A stretch of 64,000 bases of DNA from Candidatus Woesebacteria bacterium. Its GTDB lineage: Bacteria; Patescibacteriota; Microgenomatia; UBA8517. Both the position numbers and the translations under genes were made by a program. The stretch is taken from the NCBI GenBank assembly GCA_016432525.1, contig CP066693.1, positions 224,815-288,814 on the forward strand, read 5' to 3'. Below are positions 7,948 through 16,511 of this stretch, in pieces. Numbering within the stretch: the stretch's first letter is position 1; each line of letters starts with the position of its first letter. The notes under the pieces are model-generated. The model did no database searches, had not been told where the DNA came from, and saw only the letters and a list, made by a program, of their open reading frames with translations.

Positions 7948-9032
7948 TTTGGTTCTCCTATATCTATATATATTGCCGATATAAAACCTGTAGAACCGTC
8001 TGTTAATTTAATTCCAAACCATCCTTTATGTTCCGAAATAAGTTCGAAGCTGTCACCATCACGAGCTTCACCGATCTTATCTGATTGGATTGATGGCTTT
8101 TGACGAATATTCACACTCATCACTCCATCTGTAATTTTAACTATTACTCTCGGTTTTGGAGAATCTGTAGGTTTAACAGATTCTGAAAGAACCTGTGAAG
8201 AAATTGGAGTGGGTGAAACTGTAGAATTTTTGTGTACAGAAGCATCAATGTTTCTTATTCCCAAAAAAAGAAGAACAAAGAAAACCCCCGTAGCTGTAAA
8301 TAGTTCAGCCAATCTAGATAAAGGTTTTAAACCTAATCTTTTAAGGTATCTCCTTTCAAGTTGCTTTTGATCATTAGATTCTACTTTTTCCTCGTTGGCT
8401 TTGTATTTTTCAACTAATTCTTCGTAGCCACCAGCAGAAGTTATTTTTGGTTTGATCCAAGCAGTTTCCCTTAACCCCAAATATTCAGGATAAGACGAAT
8501 AACCATCCTTACTATGAAGCTTGCAAGTAAACTCCAAAAGTTTACTCTCCGTTATCTGGCTAGACTTATAAGGTCCAGCGAACAAAGAACCTTTACGCTG
8601 GTATTTTTTATTAAAGTACATTGAATATCTAGTGCAAAGTGATCTCATAAAATTTTCGATAGACTTTTTTATAGTTTGATTCAAAATTAAGTGGAACTCC
8701 GAAGGTGTCAAATAATAGGCAATAAGCTCAACTTTGTCGAAATAATTTTTTGGCAAATGAGGTACGCCTTTATACATACGACCTTTCACTTTAAAAACTT
8801 TTTTGTTAATCTGGAGGTCGAGTGGAGAAGACAAATAGTCTCTCAAATAACCGATAAAGATTTCATAATCTTTTGAATCTTTAAAAATTATCTTATCCTC
8901 AATACCATTATTGTGAATATGAAAATATACGTTTTCTTTGCTTTTACTTGAAAGGTCCTTGGCAAGCATAATTAAAGTTAACTTGTAAGAAGAATCCTTG
9001 CAAGTATGTATCTTAGAGTATAACTGTAACAA
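7944..9032 (-). CDS. IS200-like (HUH/Y1 transposase-like) domain protein fused to a transmembrane segment and a C-terminal SH3b domain
   Basis: N-terminal ~190 aa match the REP-associated/IS200-like pattern: YFHIHNNGIEDKIIFKDSKDYEIFIGYL, AYYLTPSEFHLIL, FMRSLCTRYSMYFNKKYQRKGSLFAGPYK. The HUH motif is degenerate (E-F-H). Then comes the hydrophobic helix GVFFVLLFLGI, and C-terminal VNIRQKPS...GWFGIKLTDGSTGFISAIYI is SH3b-like. Confidence 0.6.
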   Translation of the reverse strand: MLQLYSKIHTCKDSSYKLTLIMLAKDLSSKSKENVYFHIHNNGIEDKIIFKDSKDYEIFIGYLRDYLSSPLDLQINKKVFKVKGRMYKGVPHLPKNYFDKVELIAYYLTPSEFHLILNQTIKKSIENFMRSLCTRYSMYFNKKYQRKGSLFAGPYKSSQITESKLLEFTCKLHSKDGYSSYPEYLGLRETAWIKPKITSAGGYEELVEKYKANEEKVESNDQKQLERRYLKRLGLKPLSRLAELFTATGVFFVLLFLGIRNIDASVHKNSTVSPTPISSQVLSESVKPTDSPKPRVIVKITDGVMSVNIRQKPSIQSDKIGEARDGDSFELISEHKGWFGIKLTDGSTGFISAIYIDIGEPN

Positions 9033-9100
9033 ACCATCTAATTTTTAAAGCCATTGCATTCAAAGTTCATTCTTTTAGAATAAATATATACTTAAATAAG

Positions 9101-9475
9101 ATGAAACAAGAAAATAAACTTAAAGGTTCAAAAGGAGAAAACATAGCAAGGGTATATCTTCAAAATAAAGGTTACAAAATTATTGATCAGAATTTTGAAA
9201 ACAAATTTGGAGAACTCGATTTAATAATGAGTAAAGAAAATACCCTGATTTTTATTGAAGTAAAATTAAAAACAGGTGACGATTTTGGATCTCCAGAAGA
9301 AATGATTAATTCGCACAAATTAAGACAAATTCAAAATACTGGAGTATCATATCTCCAAAAATTTCCTGAAATAGATAATTTATACGCACAAAAACAAATA
9401 GACGCTGTTTGCATAGTTCTGGGACCAAAGGGTAAGGTAATAAGAATAAATCATTACGAAAATATAACCTTTTGA
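9101..9475 (+). CDS. yraN: YraN family (UPF0102) putative endonuclease
   Basis: 124 aa. ARVYLQNKGYKIIDQNF..GELDLIM...LIFIEVK is the characteristic YraN core. Confidence 0.75.
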   Translation: MKQENKLKGSKGENIARVYLQNKGYKIIDQNFENKFGELDLIMSKENTLIFIEVKLKTGDDFGSPEEMINSHKLRQIQNTGVSYLQKFPEIDNLYAQKQIDAVCIVLGPKGKVIRINHYENITF

Positions 9476-9479
9476 CGAT

Positions 9480-10343
9480 ATGAATTACAAAGATTACAAG
9501 ATCCAAAAAATAAAATTAGGAGATAAAAATTACCCTAAAAACCTAAGCTTAATTAAAAATCCACCAAAGTTTTTATTTTCCAGAGAAAACCCGAATAAAA
9601 ACATATTTAAAAAATCTATTGCAATAGTCGGAAGTCGTTCTATAACTCGTTACGGAAAAGATATTATAGATCGCTTTGTTTCTTTCTTTGCTTCTCAAAA
9701 AATTACCACTATCAGTGGTTTCATGTATGGGGTAGATTCAGAAGTTCACAAAAAGACAATAGAATATGGAGGTTTAACTTCTGCAGTTTTTGGCTGTGGT
9801 CTTGATGTGATTTATCCTCCTGAAAACGAAAAACTCTATAGTGACATACTAAATAGTGGGGGAATGATTTTCTCTGAATATCAAAATAATGCCAAGCCTC
9901 ATCTTTGGAAATTTCCACAAAGAAATAGAATCGTTTCAGGATTATCTTCATTTGGAGTTTTGGTAATAGAAGCAGCTCTAAAAAGTGGAAGTTTACTAAC
10001 AGTTAAAATAGCCAAAGAACAAGGCAAAAAAGTTTATGCAATTCCTGGCCCCATAAACTCAACCGTCTCAGAAGGTACAAATTTTCTGATAAAAGAAGGT
10101 CTCGCCCAGATGGTTACAGACCCATCAGAGATTCTTGGCAAACTGCTTAAAGAAAATATAACTACAAAATTAGATCTAACCAAAGAAGAAAAGTTAATTT
10201 ACGACGAACTCTCAAAAGAAGAACTGTCCTTAGATGAACTTTCGGCTAAATTACAAAAATCAATTATCGAACTTTCAACAACCCTTTCATTAATGTCCAT
10301 AAAAGGATTAGTTAGAGAAAGTGGGGGAAAGTTTTATATCTAA
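9480..10343 (+). CDS. dprA: DNA processing protein DprA (Smf)
   Basis: 287 aa. IAIVGSRSITRYG and VDSEVHKKTIEYGGLTSAVFGCGLDVIYPPEN match the DprA Rossmann-like domain. Confidence 0.85.
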   Translation: MNYKDYKIQKIKLGDKNYPKNLSLIKNPPKFLFSRENPNKNIFKKSIAIVGSRSITRYGKDIIDRFVSFFASQKITTISGFMYGVDSEVHKKTIEYGGLTSAVFGCGLDVIYPPENEKLYSDILNSGGMIFSEYQNNAKPHLWKFPQRNRIVSGLSSFGVLVIEAALKSGSLLTVKIAKEQGKKVYAIPGPINSTVSEGTNFLIKEGLAQMVTDPSEILGKLLKENITTKLDLTKEEKLIYDELSKEELSLDELSAKLQKSIIELSTTLSLMSIKGLVRESGGKFYI

Positions 10344-10398
10344 GGAAAAGAAAGAGTATAATTATAGGTAGCTAAAAGTTCTTTGAAAGGAGAACAAG

Positions 10399-10647
10399 AT
10401 GGAGCAGGCAATAGACCAGATAGTTGCCCAAAACGATCAATACAAAGTTATTGTCTATCTAACAAAAGGAGATATTGCCTTAAGAATTATTTCAATCGTA
10501 TCAAATATCACTATCGAATATTGGTATGCCTTGATACCCATAAGCGACGCGTATCTAAAAATACTCGAGAGTATTATGAAGAAAAACGGAACCTCTGATC
10601 TGTTTGATGAGGTGAAATGCTACCTTGTGAGCAGCCATTTAGCTTAA
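10399..10647 (+). CDS. Small hypothetical protein
   Basis: 82 aa. AAAGGAG sits 6-7 nt upstream of the ATG. Confidence 0.4.
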   Translation: MEQAIDQIVAQNDQYKVIVYLTKGDIALRIISIVSNITIEYWYALIPISDAYLKILESIMKKNGTSDLFDEVKCYLVSSHLA

Positions 10648-10654
10648 TTTAATC

Positions 10655-10697
10655 TGCACCCGATTTGAAGTTTTTTAAAAAAACCAAAACGGGTGCA
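10655..10697. terminator. Nested palindrome: GC outer stem TGCACCCG/CGGGTGCA around inner GTTTTTTAAAAAAAC
   Basis: 8-bp GC-rich outer stem enclosing an AT-rich inner palindrome, with T/A-rich flanks, after the small ORF and before galU. Confidence 0.35.
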
Positions 10698-10729
10698 CGT
10701 TTATTTAAACAGGTGTAAAATAATATTCC

Positions 10730-11602
10730 ATGGCAATAAAAGCAGTCATTCCAGTTGCAGGTTTTGGAACCCGCTTCCTTCCGCAGACCAAAGCAATGCC
10801 CAAAGAAATGCTTCCAATAGTTGATAAACCAATTATCCAAATCATCGTCGAAGAACTAGTAAAATCCAAAATTAAAGATATTATTTTAGTAACGGGTTGG
10901 CACAAACGCGCTATCGAAGACCATTTTGATACCCATCCCGAGCTTGAAGCTCAGCTTGAAGTGAACGGAAAACACGATCTTCTTGAAGAAATAAGACGTA
11001 TCACATCTCTTGCAAACTTTATTTATGTTCGCCAAAAAGGCCCTTACGGAAACGCAACCCCTATTCTAAATAGCATGCAGGTTACAGATGATGATCCTTT
11101 TATAGTCTGCTGGGGTGACGAATTTATTCTCTCAGATCCTCCCATGGCAACCCAGTTAATTAACGCTCACCAAAAATATGGTGGAATGATTCTAGGAGCA
11201 ATCAGAACTGAAAATCCAAATGATCGAAAAAGATTTGGATTTGCAACAGGGAAAAAAGTAGAAGAAGGAATAATTGAGGTAAAAGAAATTATAGAAAAGC
11301 CAGGAGTGGGGCGTGCTCCTTCAAATCTTGCAACTGTAGCAGGCTTCCTTTTTACTAAAGACATAAAGCCACATTTAGAAAAAGCAGTTAAAGAAATAAA
11401 TGATCGCGAACCAAACTATATAGATGCTTTAAGAAGTGTCATAAAGGGAGGTAAAACAGATGTTTTTGCACTTGAATTCAAAAACTCAAAATATTACGAC
11501 ACAGGAAGTAAACTTGGATATTTAGAAGCAGTTGTTGATTTTGGTCTACAACACAAAGAAATCAAAAACGAATTTGAAAAATTTTTAAAAACCAAAATTT
11601 AA
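10730..11602 (+). CDS. galU: UTP-glucose-1-phosphate uridylyltransferase
   Basis: 290 aa. AVIPVAGFGTRFLPQTKAMPKEMLPIVDKPIIQ is the GalU N-terminal signature. Confidence 0.85.
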   Translation: MAIKAVIPVAGFGTRFLPQTKAMPKEMLPIVDKPIIQIIVEELVKSKIKDIILVTGWHKRAIEDHFDTHPELEAQLEVNGKHDLLEEIRRITSLANFIYVRQKGPYGNATPILNSMQVTDDDPFIVCWGDEFILSDPPMATQLINAHQKYGGMILGAIRTENPNDRKRFGFATGKKVEEGIIEVKEIIEKPGVGRAPSNLATVAGFLFTKDIKPHLEKAVKEINDREPNYIDALRSVIKGGKTDVFALEFKNSKYYDTGSKLGYLEAVVDFGLQHKEIKNEFEKFLKTKI

Positions 11603-11604
11603 AT

Positions 11605-11826
11605 TTACTTCTTCATCCAAATTGGCATTAAATGCCCTAAAACCCCCAAAGTTAAAAGTGAAAGCCCCCATCTAACAGGATGAGCTCCAACATAAGGATA
11701 TGTTATAAGTATTCCAATCCCAACACCCGCTACTACATGTACTGTCGAATTATAAATTGGATGCTTTTCGAAATATTTCATTACCTTCTTGTACATTATT
11801 CTCACCTCCTCATTTATAATAACCAT
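11605..11826 (-). CDS. Small membrane protein (hypothetical)
   Basis: 73 aa with two predicted TM helices. Confidence 0.35.
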   Translation of the reverse strand: MVIINEEVRIMYKKVMKYFEKHPIYNSTVHVVAGVGIGILITYPYVGAHPVRWGLSLLTLGVLGHLMPIWMKK

Positions 11827-11828
11827 AT

Positions 11829-12503
11829 ATGGCGCAAAAAGTAAAAGTCCTCTTTACTGAATTTGTAACTCACGATGTCAAACATTTTATTGTCGAAAAA
11901 CCTATCGGTTTTACATTTATTCCCGGCCAAGCAACTGATGTTTCAATCCCGCGCCCTGGCTTCGAAGATCAAAAAAGGCCATTTACCTTCACCTCAAGCC
12001 CTCAAGATCTAATTTTAGAATTCACAATTAAATGCTATGTTGACCATAATGGCGTTACTAAAGAGCTTCATAACCTTAAACCAGGGGATGAGATTGTGCT
12101 CGAAGATCCTTTTGGAACAATCAATTACAAAGGTCCAGGTGTCTTTTTGGCGGGAGGCGCAGGAATAACTCCTTTTATTTCAATTTTAAGAAATCTTAAA
12201 AAACAAAATACTCTATCAGGAAATACTCTCATTTTTTCAAACAAAGAAGCCAAAGATATAATTTTAGAACCAGAATTCAAAGAAATGTTCACCCTTCCAG
12301 ACACAAAATTAGTACTTATCTTAAGTAGGGAACAAAGGCAAGGCTATGAATATGGACATATAGATAAGACTAATTTACCAAAATATGTCGCTGATTTTTC
12401 CAAAAACTTCTACTTATGTGGCCCTCCAAAATTTGTTCAGGTTATGAAACAAACCTTGTCTGAGTTGGGAGCAAAAGCTGATTCAGTTGTTTTTGAAGAA
12501 TAA
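11829..12503 (+). CDS. FAD/NAD(P)-binding oxidoreductase, ferredoxin-NADP reductase-like
   Basis: 224 aa. RPFTFTS is an RxYS-like FAD motif, GGAGITP is the NAD(P) motif, and CGPP is at the C-terminus. Confidence 0.7.
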   Translation: MAQKVKVLFTEFVTHDVKHFIVEKPIGFTFIPGQATDVSIPRPGFEDQKRPFTFTSSPQDLILEFTIKCYVDHNGVTKELHNLKPGDEIVLEDPFGTINYKGPGVFLAGGAGITPFISILRNLKKQNTLSGNTLIFSNKEAKDIILEPEFKEMFTLPDTKLVLILSREQRQGYEYGHIDKTNLPKYVADFSKNFYLCGPPKFVQVMKQTLSELGAKADSVVFEE

Positions 12504-12510
12504 ATTTTAT

Positions 12511-12544
12511 GCCGGAAAGCAATTGTCTATGTTCGCTCTCCGGC
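12511..12544. terminator. Hairpin GCCGGA...TCCGGC between convergent genes
   Basis: 6-bp GC stem with a 22-nt loop, A/T-rich flanks on both sides. Confidence 0.35.
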
Positions 12545-12559
12545 AAATTTAAATTCTAC

Positions 12560-12901
12560 CTATGACGCATCATTTATGCCCATTATTATTCCAATAATGA
12601 CTACTGGAATAAGAACGCAACCGACAAAAAAACCTACAAATATTGTTGTGTTGTATATTATAGATTTCTTATCTTTGGGCACCTGGCTCCAACTATGAAA
12701 TCCATTACTTATCCTTAATGTCCATCCATAGAGATAGACTAAAAAAGCTCCAACTGCAGCAATAACCAGCCCTCCGGCAATACTTTCAAAAGTACGATTC
12801 TGGTTTGAAAGGACGGCAATACCAATCAAAATCATCGCAACTCCTGCCAATGCGCTGCAAAAATTAAAGTACCCCAACCAAGGATGCCTCTCTTGCCACA
12901 T
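12560..12901 (-). CDS. Membrane protein (hypothetical)
   Basis: 113 aa with three or four hydrophobic helices. Confidence 0.4.
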   Translation of the reverse strand: MWQERHPWLGYFNFCSALAGVAMILIGIAVLSNQNRTFESIAGGLVIAAVGAFLVYLYGWTLRISNGFHSWSQVPKDKKSIIYNTTIFVGFFVGCVLIPVVIIGIIMGINDAS

Positions 12902-12977
12902 TTCGTTTACTCTCCTTATGGGTATTATTTAAAATCTTTTCATAATACACTAAAAACAATCATATTTCTAGCTTAAG

Positions 12978-13049
12978 AGGCCAGAGCGGGAATCGAACCC
13001 GCGCATAGTGGTTTTGCAGACCACGGCGTTTCCACTTCGCCATCTGGCC
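12978..13049 (-). tRNA. tRNA-Cys (anticodon GCA)
   Basis: Reverse complement is GGCCAGAUGGCGAAGUGGAAACGCCGUGGUCUGCAAAACCACUAUGCGCGGGUUCGAUUCCCGCUCUGGCCU. It has a 7-bp acceptor stem, a GG-containing D-loop, anticodon loop CUGCAAA with U33 and A37, and a T-arm GCGGG-UUCGAUU-CCCGC. No encoded CCA. Confidence 0.85.
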
Positions 13050-13099
13050 AGGGTAATTCCATATTTTACCACAAGAAATTACCCAAAAACGAACTCACA

Positions 13100-13483
13100 T
13101 CACTTTGCCTTTACGCTAATTTTTCGAGGTCTTGAAGCTTCAGTTTTTGGAATTGTAATTTTTACAACTCCGTTCTCAACTTCAGCCTCAGCTTTATCCC
13201 AAGCTCCTCCTGACAAAGCAGTAGTGTAATAATATTGATAATTTAAAGATGAATATTCTTCTTTCTCTTTCTTTTCCTCACTAACATGTGCCTTAATGGT
13301 TACAACTCCATCTTCTATATCAATATCAACATCGGATGGTTTGACTCCAGCAACAACTGCTTCGACAACGATATCTTTCTCGGTATCTCTGACTTTCAAA
13401 CCTCTTTGAAAGATAGCTTCATCAAAGTCGTTAATCCAACTTGATAAACTTCGAAATGGATCTCGCCTTATTATTGCTGACAT
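13100..13483 (-). CDS. Hsp20/alpha-crystallin family small heat-shock protein
   Basis: 127 aa. N-terminal RRDPFRSL and an alpha-crystallin domain with A..NGV..I..PK at the C-terminus. Confidence 0.85.
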   Translation of the reverse strand: MSAIIRRDPFRSLSSWINDFDEAIFQRGLKVRDTEKDIVVEAVVAGVKPSDVDIDIEDGVVTIKAHVSEEKKEKEEYSSLNYQYYYTTALSGGAWDKAEAEVENGVVKITIPKTEASRPRKISVKAK

Positions 13484-13506
13484 AATTTATCACCTCCTTT
13501 TTTCAA

Positions 13507-13533
13507 TTAGCACTCACACTAATTGATTGCCAA
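13507..13533. promoter_or_regulatory. CIRCE-like inverted repeat (HrcA operator) upstream of hsp20
   Basis: TTAGCACTC-N9-GATTGCCAA; the left half is perfect and the right half matches 7/9 of the consensus TTAGCACTC-N9-GAGTGCTAA. Lies 24 bp upstream of the hsp20 start. Confidence 0.6.
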
Positions 13534-13600
13534 AATCATAATAATGACTCTCCCTTTTATTGTCAAGTCTTTTTTGGACTGTTAAACTTGTTAATACTAA

Positions 13601-14172
13601 ATGAGCTTCCTTAAGCCTCTAACACTAACTCTTGTAATCTCTATTTTAATTTTATTTTTAATAAATCTTTTTCAAAACATAAAATCACAATCCTCAAAAC
13701 TAGTTATAGATTCAATACCAAAAACAGAAGTTTTTATTGACGGAAACAGAATCGGGGAAACTCCAGTAAGTGAAATATCCAAAAAAGAGGAAGTTCAAGT
13801 CAAATTAAAAAAAGACGATCTCTCATATGAAAAATACATAACTCTAACAAAGGGAGTTGAAACAATCTTGAAGATTTCTTTAAATCAGGATATTCACAAA
13901 ACCGAAGAACAGATTCTAACTCTTGAAGCCACTGGTGAAAAAAAATCATCTATTTCTCTAACAACAGAGCCAGATGGAGTTCAAATTTATTTAGACGGAA
14001 ATTTGTAGGTGTTAGTCCACAAAAAATTGTAAACATAGAACCATCTATCCATGAAATAACCATGCTAAAAGACGGATTCAATCAAAAAGAGGTTACTATT
14101 AAAACCACCGAAGGCTATACTCTCGATTCTTTCGCTAAACTAGCCAGTAGCGATTCCTCCGTACAAAATTAA
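13601..14172 (+). pseudogene. PEGA-domain secreted protein interrupted by a single-base frameshift in a T-run (~14002-14004)
   Basis: ORF 13601..14008 ends ...GVQIYLDGNL*. The next frame continues (F)VGVSPQKIVNIEPSIHEITMLKDGFNQKEVTIKT to a stop at 14170-14172. Restoring one T gives the PEGA consensus Y.DG.FVG.SP. This is either an authentic frameshift or a homopolymer sequencing error. Confidence 0.5.
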
Positions 14173-15102
14173 AACAACCATTAATATCCAAACAATAACC
14201 GAAGAGACTAAAGCGACATCTTTAAGAAGAAGTTTTTCAGGCGCCTCAGCTCGTCCCTCAAAAATTAAAGCCTCATATCTCATAATGCCAAAAATAGTAA
14301 CAGGAATTGTAATCATTAAAAGTTTTGTTATAGTTGTAGCTTTAGAAATCTCAGCCAAGAAAATCCAAAGTGGAGTAGAAGAGGATGGCGACTCAAAGAA
14401 AGTAAACAAAGCCCAAGCAATCCAAGAAGCACTTCCAAACATAGTGACATAAGAGTTCAAAAGTTCAGGGCTGTATTTTGCCAAAGATTTTCTTGTTTGT
14501 CCGCTTGTTCCCATTACACCAAGCTCAGCCCTTCTTTTTCCTGATGCCAAAAACAGAGCTGTTGATATAACACAAAGTAAAAACCACACTGATAAATGTG
14601 CATCAATTGCAAATGCTCCAGCATAAACTCTAATTACAAATCCCGATGCAATAATTAAAATATCAATTACAGCCAAATTCTTCAAAAACAAAGAATATGC
14701 AACTTGCAACACAAAATAAAAGATTACAAGAATAAAAAATAAATAAGGAAGATGATAAGAAATTTTAAGCGACATCGCGACTAATACGATAAGTTCTATT
14801 ACTGCAAAGGAAATAGGTATTTTTCCAGAGGCGATAGGCCTATTTTTTTTGATTGGGTGAAGTCTGTCTCTTTTTGCATCAATTAAATCATTAAAAATAT
14901 ATGTCGCACTTGTAATGAAATTAAACGCCAAAAATGCCCAAAATACGTAAATAAATCTAGCTCTCCAAAATAATTGTCCTGAAAAAACTAGTGCGGCGAA
15001 AATTGAAAAATTTTTGACCCAATGAATAGGTCTGGCAACAGTAATTAAAGAGTAAAGAGAAAATTTAGTATTTATTTTTTTAACTGTCGGTGTGTTAGCC
15101 AT
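14140..15102 (-). CDS. UbiA-family polyprenyl-phosphate prenyl/phosphoribosyl-transferase (decaprenyl-phosphate phosphoribosyltransferase-like)
   Basis: 320 aa polytopic. YIFNDLIDAKRDRLHPIKKNRPIASGKI carries the NDxxDxxxD plus RP.ASG signature. Confidence 0.7.
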   Translation of the reverse strand: MANTPTVKKINTKFSLYSLITVARPIHWVKNFSIFAALVFSGQLFWRARFIYVFWAFLAFNFITSATYIFNDLIDAKRDRLHPIKKNRPIASGKIPISFAVIELIVLVAMSLKISYHLPYLFFILVIFYFVLQVAYSLFLKNLAVIDILIIASGFVIRVYAGAFAIDAHLSVWFLLCVISTALFLASGKRRAELGVMGTSGQTRKSLAKYSPELLNSYVTMFGSASWIAWALFTFFESPSSSTPLWIFLAEISKATTITKLLMITIPVTIFGIMRYEALIFEGRAEAPEKLLLKDVALVSSVIVWILMVVLILYGGIATG

Positions 15103-16145
15103 AAAATAAGCCCTCCAACAAATATTGCTACTCCGACTATTGTATAGAACTTATTCCGACTGTTCAAATTTAAAGCCACAACCCCAAGTAAAGAAGTTGC
15201 AAACCAATAAAAATAAGCCACTTGTCTTTTACTAAGCCCCGCATCCAGTAGTCTATGGTGCAAATGCCCTCGATCTCCCCAAAAAGGGGATTTTCCACTC
15301 AGTACTCTTCTAATTAATACATATCCCGTGTCAATTAAAGGAATTGCCAAAACAACAGCCAAAACTCCAACTTTCGTGGTAGATATTATCGATAAAATTG
15401 CAAGTATATATGCTCCCAAGTTAGATCCTCCGAATGAGGGCATTATTTTTTGAGGATAAATATGATATGGCAGAAAACCTAAAAATGCGCCAGCTAAAAT
15501 TACTGCAAGTATCAAAACAACAAGCTGGCTCGGGTCATTTATAAATTTTAAAGACAAAAAAGCAATGGTAAGAGCCGAAATAACCATCACTCCAGATAGT
15601 TGTCCATCAACTCCTTTAGCTCCAAAATTAACTGCGTTCATCATATAAACTATCCAGAAAATTGCAAACAAAGAAGACAAAATCCATATTGAATGCATTC
15701 CATAAAAATCAAAAATAATTTTAGGATTTGATAAATCTATTATTTTTCCATTTATTGGGTTGGTCACAAAAGAAATTCCAATCCCTGCTAAAACAGGAAA
15801 AAGCGCAGCTACAAACTGCAGCCCTAATCTAAGATAGGGGCTCAAATCATATTTATCATCCAAAAGCCCTACGATAGTTATAAGTATTGCTCCCAGAAGA
15901 ATTCCCAAAATGTGTTTATCAATTGGCAAAAACAAAAAAACAGAAATCAAAATTGCCAAAAATACTGCAAGTCCACCTCCTCGGGGGACAGGGTAAGTGT
16001 GTATTACTTTAATATGTTTATGCTTTTTAGGATCATCGATAATATTCAATCTCCAGGCAAGTTTAATTACTAAGGGAGTTATTAAATAAGAAAAAATTGA
16101 AGCAAAAACTAAAGGGGCTAAAAAAATTCTTATAAAAAGATCCAT
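15072..16145 (-). CDS. MraY/WecA-family polyprenyl-phosphate N-acetylhexosamine-1-phosphate transferase (GT4 family)
   Basis: 357 aa polytopic. VPRGGGLA, GLLDDKYDL (DDxxD) and G..D.Q match the family. Confidence 0.8.
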   Translation of the reverse strand: MDLFIRIFLAPLVFASIFSYLITPLVIKLAWRLNIIDDPKKHKHIKVIHTYPVPRGGGLAVFLAILISVFLFLPIDKHILGILLGAILITIVGLLDDKYDLSPYLRLGLQFVAALFPVLAGIGISFVTNPINGKIIDLSNPKIIFDFYGMHSIWILSSLFAIFWIVYMMNAVNFGAKGVDGQLSGVMVISALTIAFLSLKFINDPSQLVVLILAVILAGAFLGFLPYHIYPQKIMPSFGGSNLGAYILAILSIISTTKVGVLAVVLAIPLIDTGYVLIRRVLSGKSPFWGDRGHLHHRLLDAGLSKRQVAYFYWFATSLLGVVALNLNSRNKFYTIVGVAIFVGGLILWLTHRQLKK

Positions 16146-16477
16146 TAAAGTTTTGCTATTAAAAAAAATATTCTTAAAATCGTAATTACAGAAAGAAGAG
16201 TTAAAACTATAGAAGTGCCTTTAAATATTTTCCCTAAAAACTTGTTACTTAGTTTTTTGTCTGCAAAAAAATTGAAAGCCACAAACACAATTGAAACAAT
16301 CAAAGGCATAATTAAATAATTACTCTTCGCAAGTTGTTGCTCTCCAATTGCTCTCCCATACAAGAGTGGCACTTCAGGAGGAAGGTTATTCCTAAAAATA
16401 AACAAAAATACCAAAACAATGAAATTCACCAAAAATAAAGTCCCAAAAAACCAATCTCTTTTTATGTCGAAAATCAT
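16145..16477 (-). CDS. Small membrane protein (hypothetical)
   Basis: 110 aa with three TM helices. Shares its start/stop nucleotide with the downstream gene. Confidence 0.4.
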   Translation of the reverse strand: MIFDIKRDWFFGTLFLVNFIVLVFLFIFRNNLPPEVPLLYGRAIGEQQLAKSNYLIMPLIVSIVFVAFNFFADKKLSNKFLGKIFKGTSIVLTLLSVITILRIFFLIAKL

Positions 16478-16511
16478 GCCTTATTTTACCATTTCTATTG
16501 GCATTATCACC

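Noticed and set aside
7944-9032. Possible active IS200/IS605 insertion sequence
   Set aside because: No subterminal hairpins or inverted repeats and no tnpB partner. The HUH domain is fused in-frame to a TM segment and an SH3b domain, the HUH triad is degenerate, and the gene is packed between conserved genes with normal spacing. Treated as a domesticated domain rather than a mobile element.
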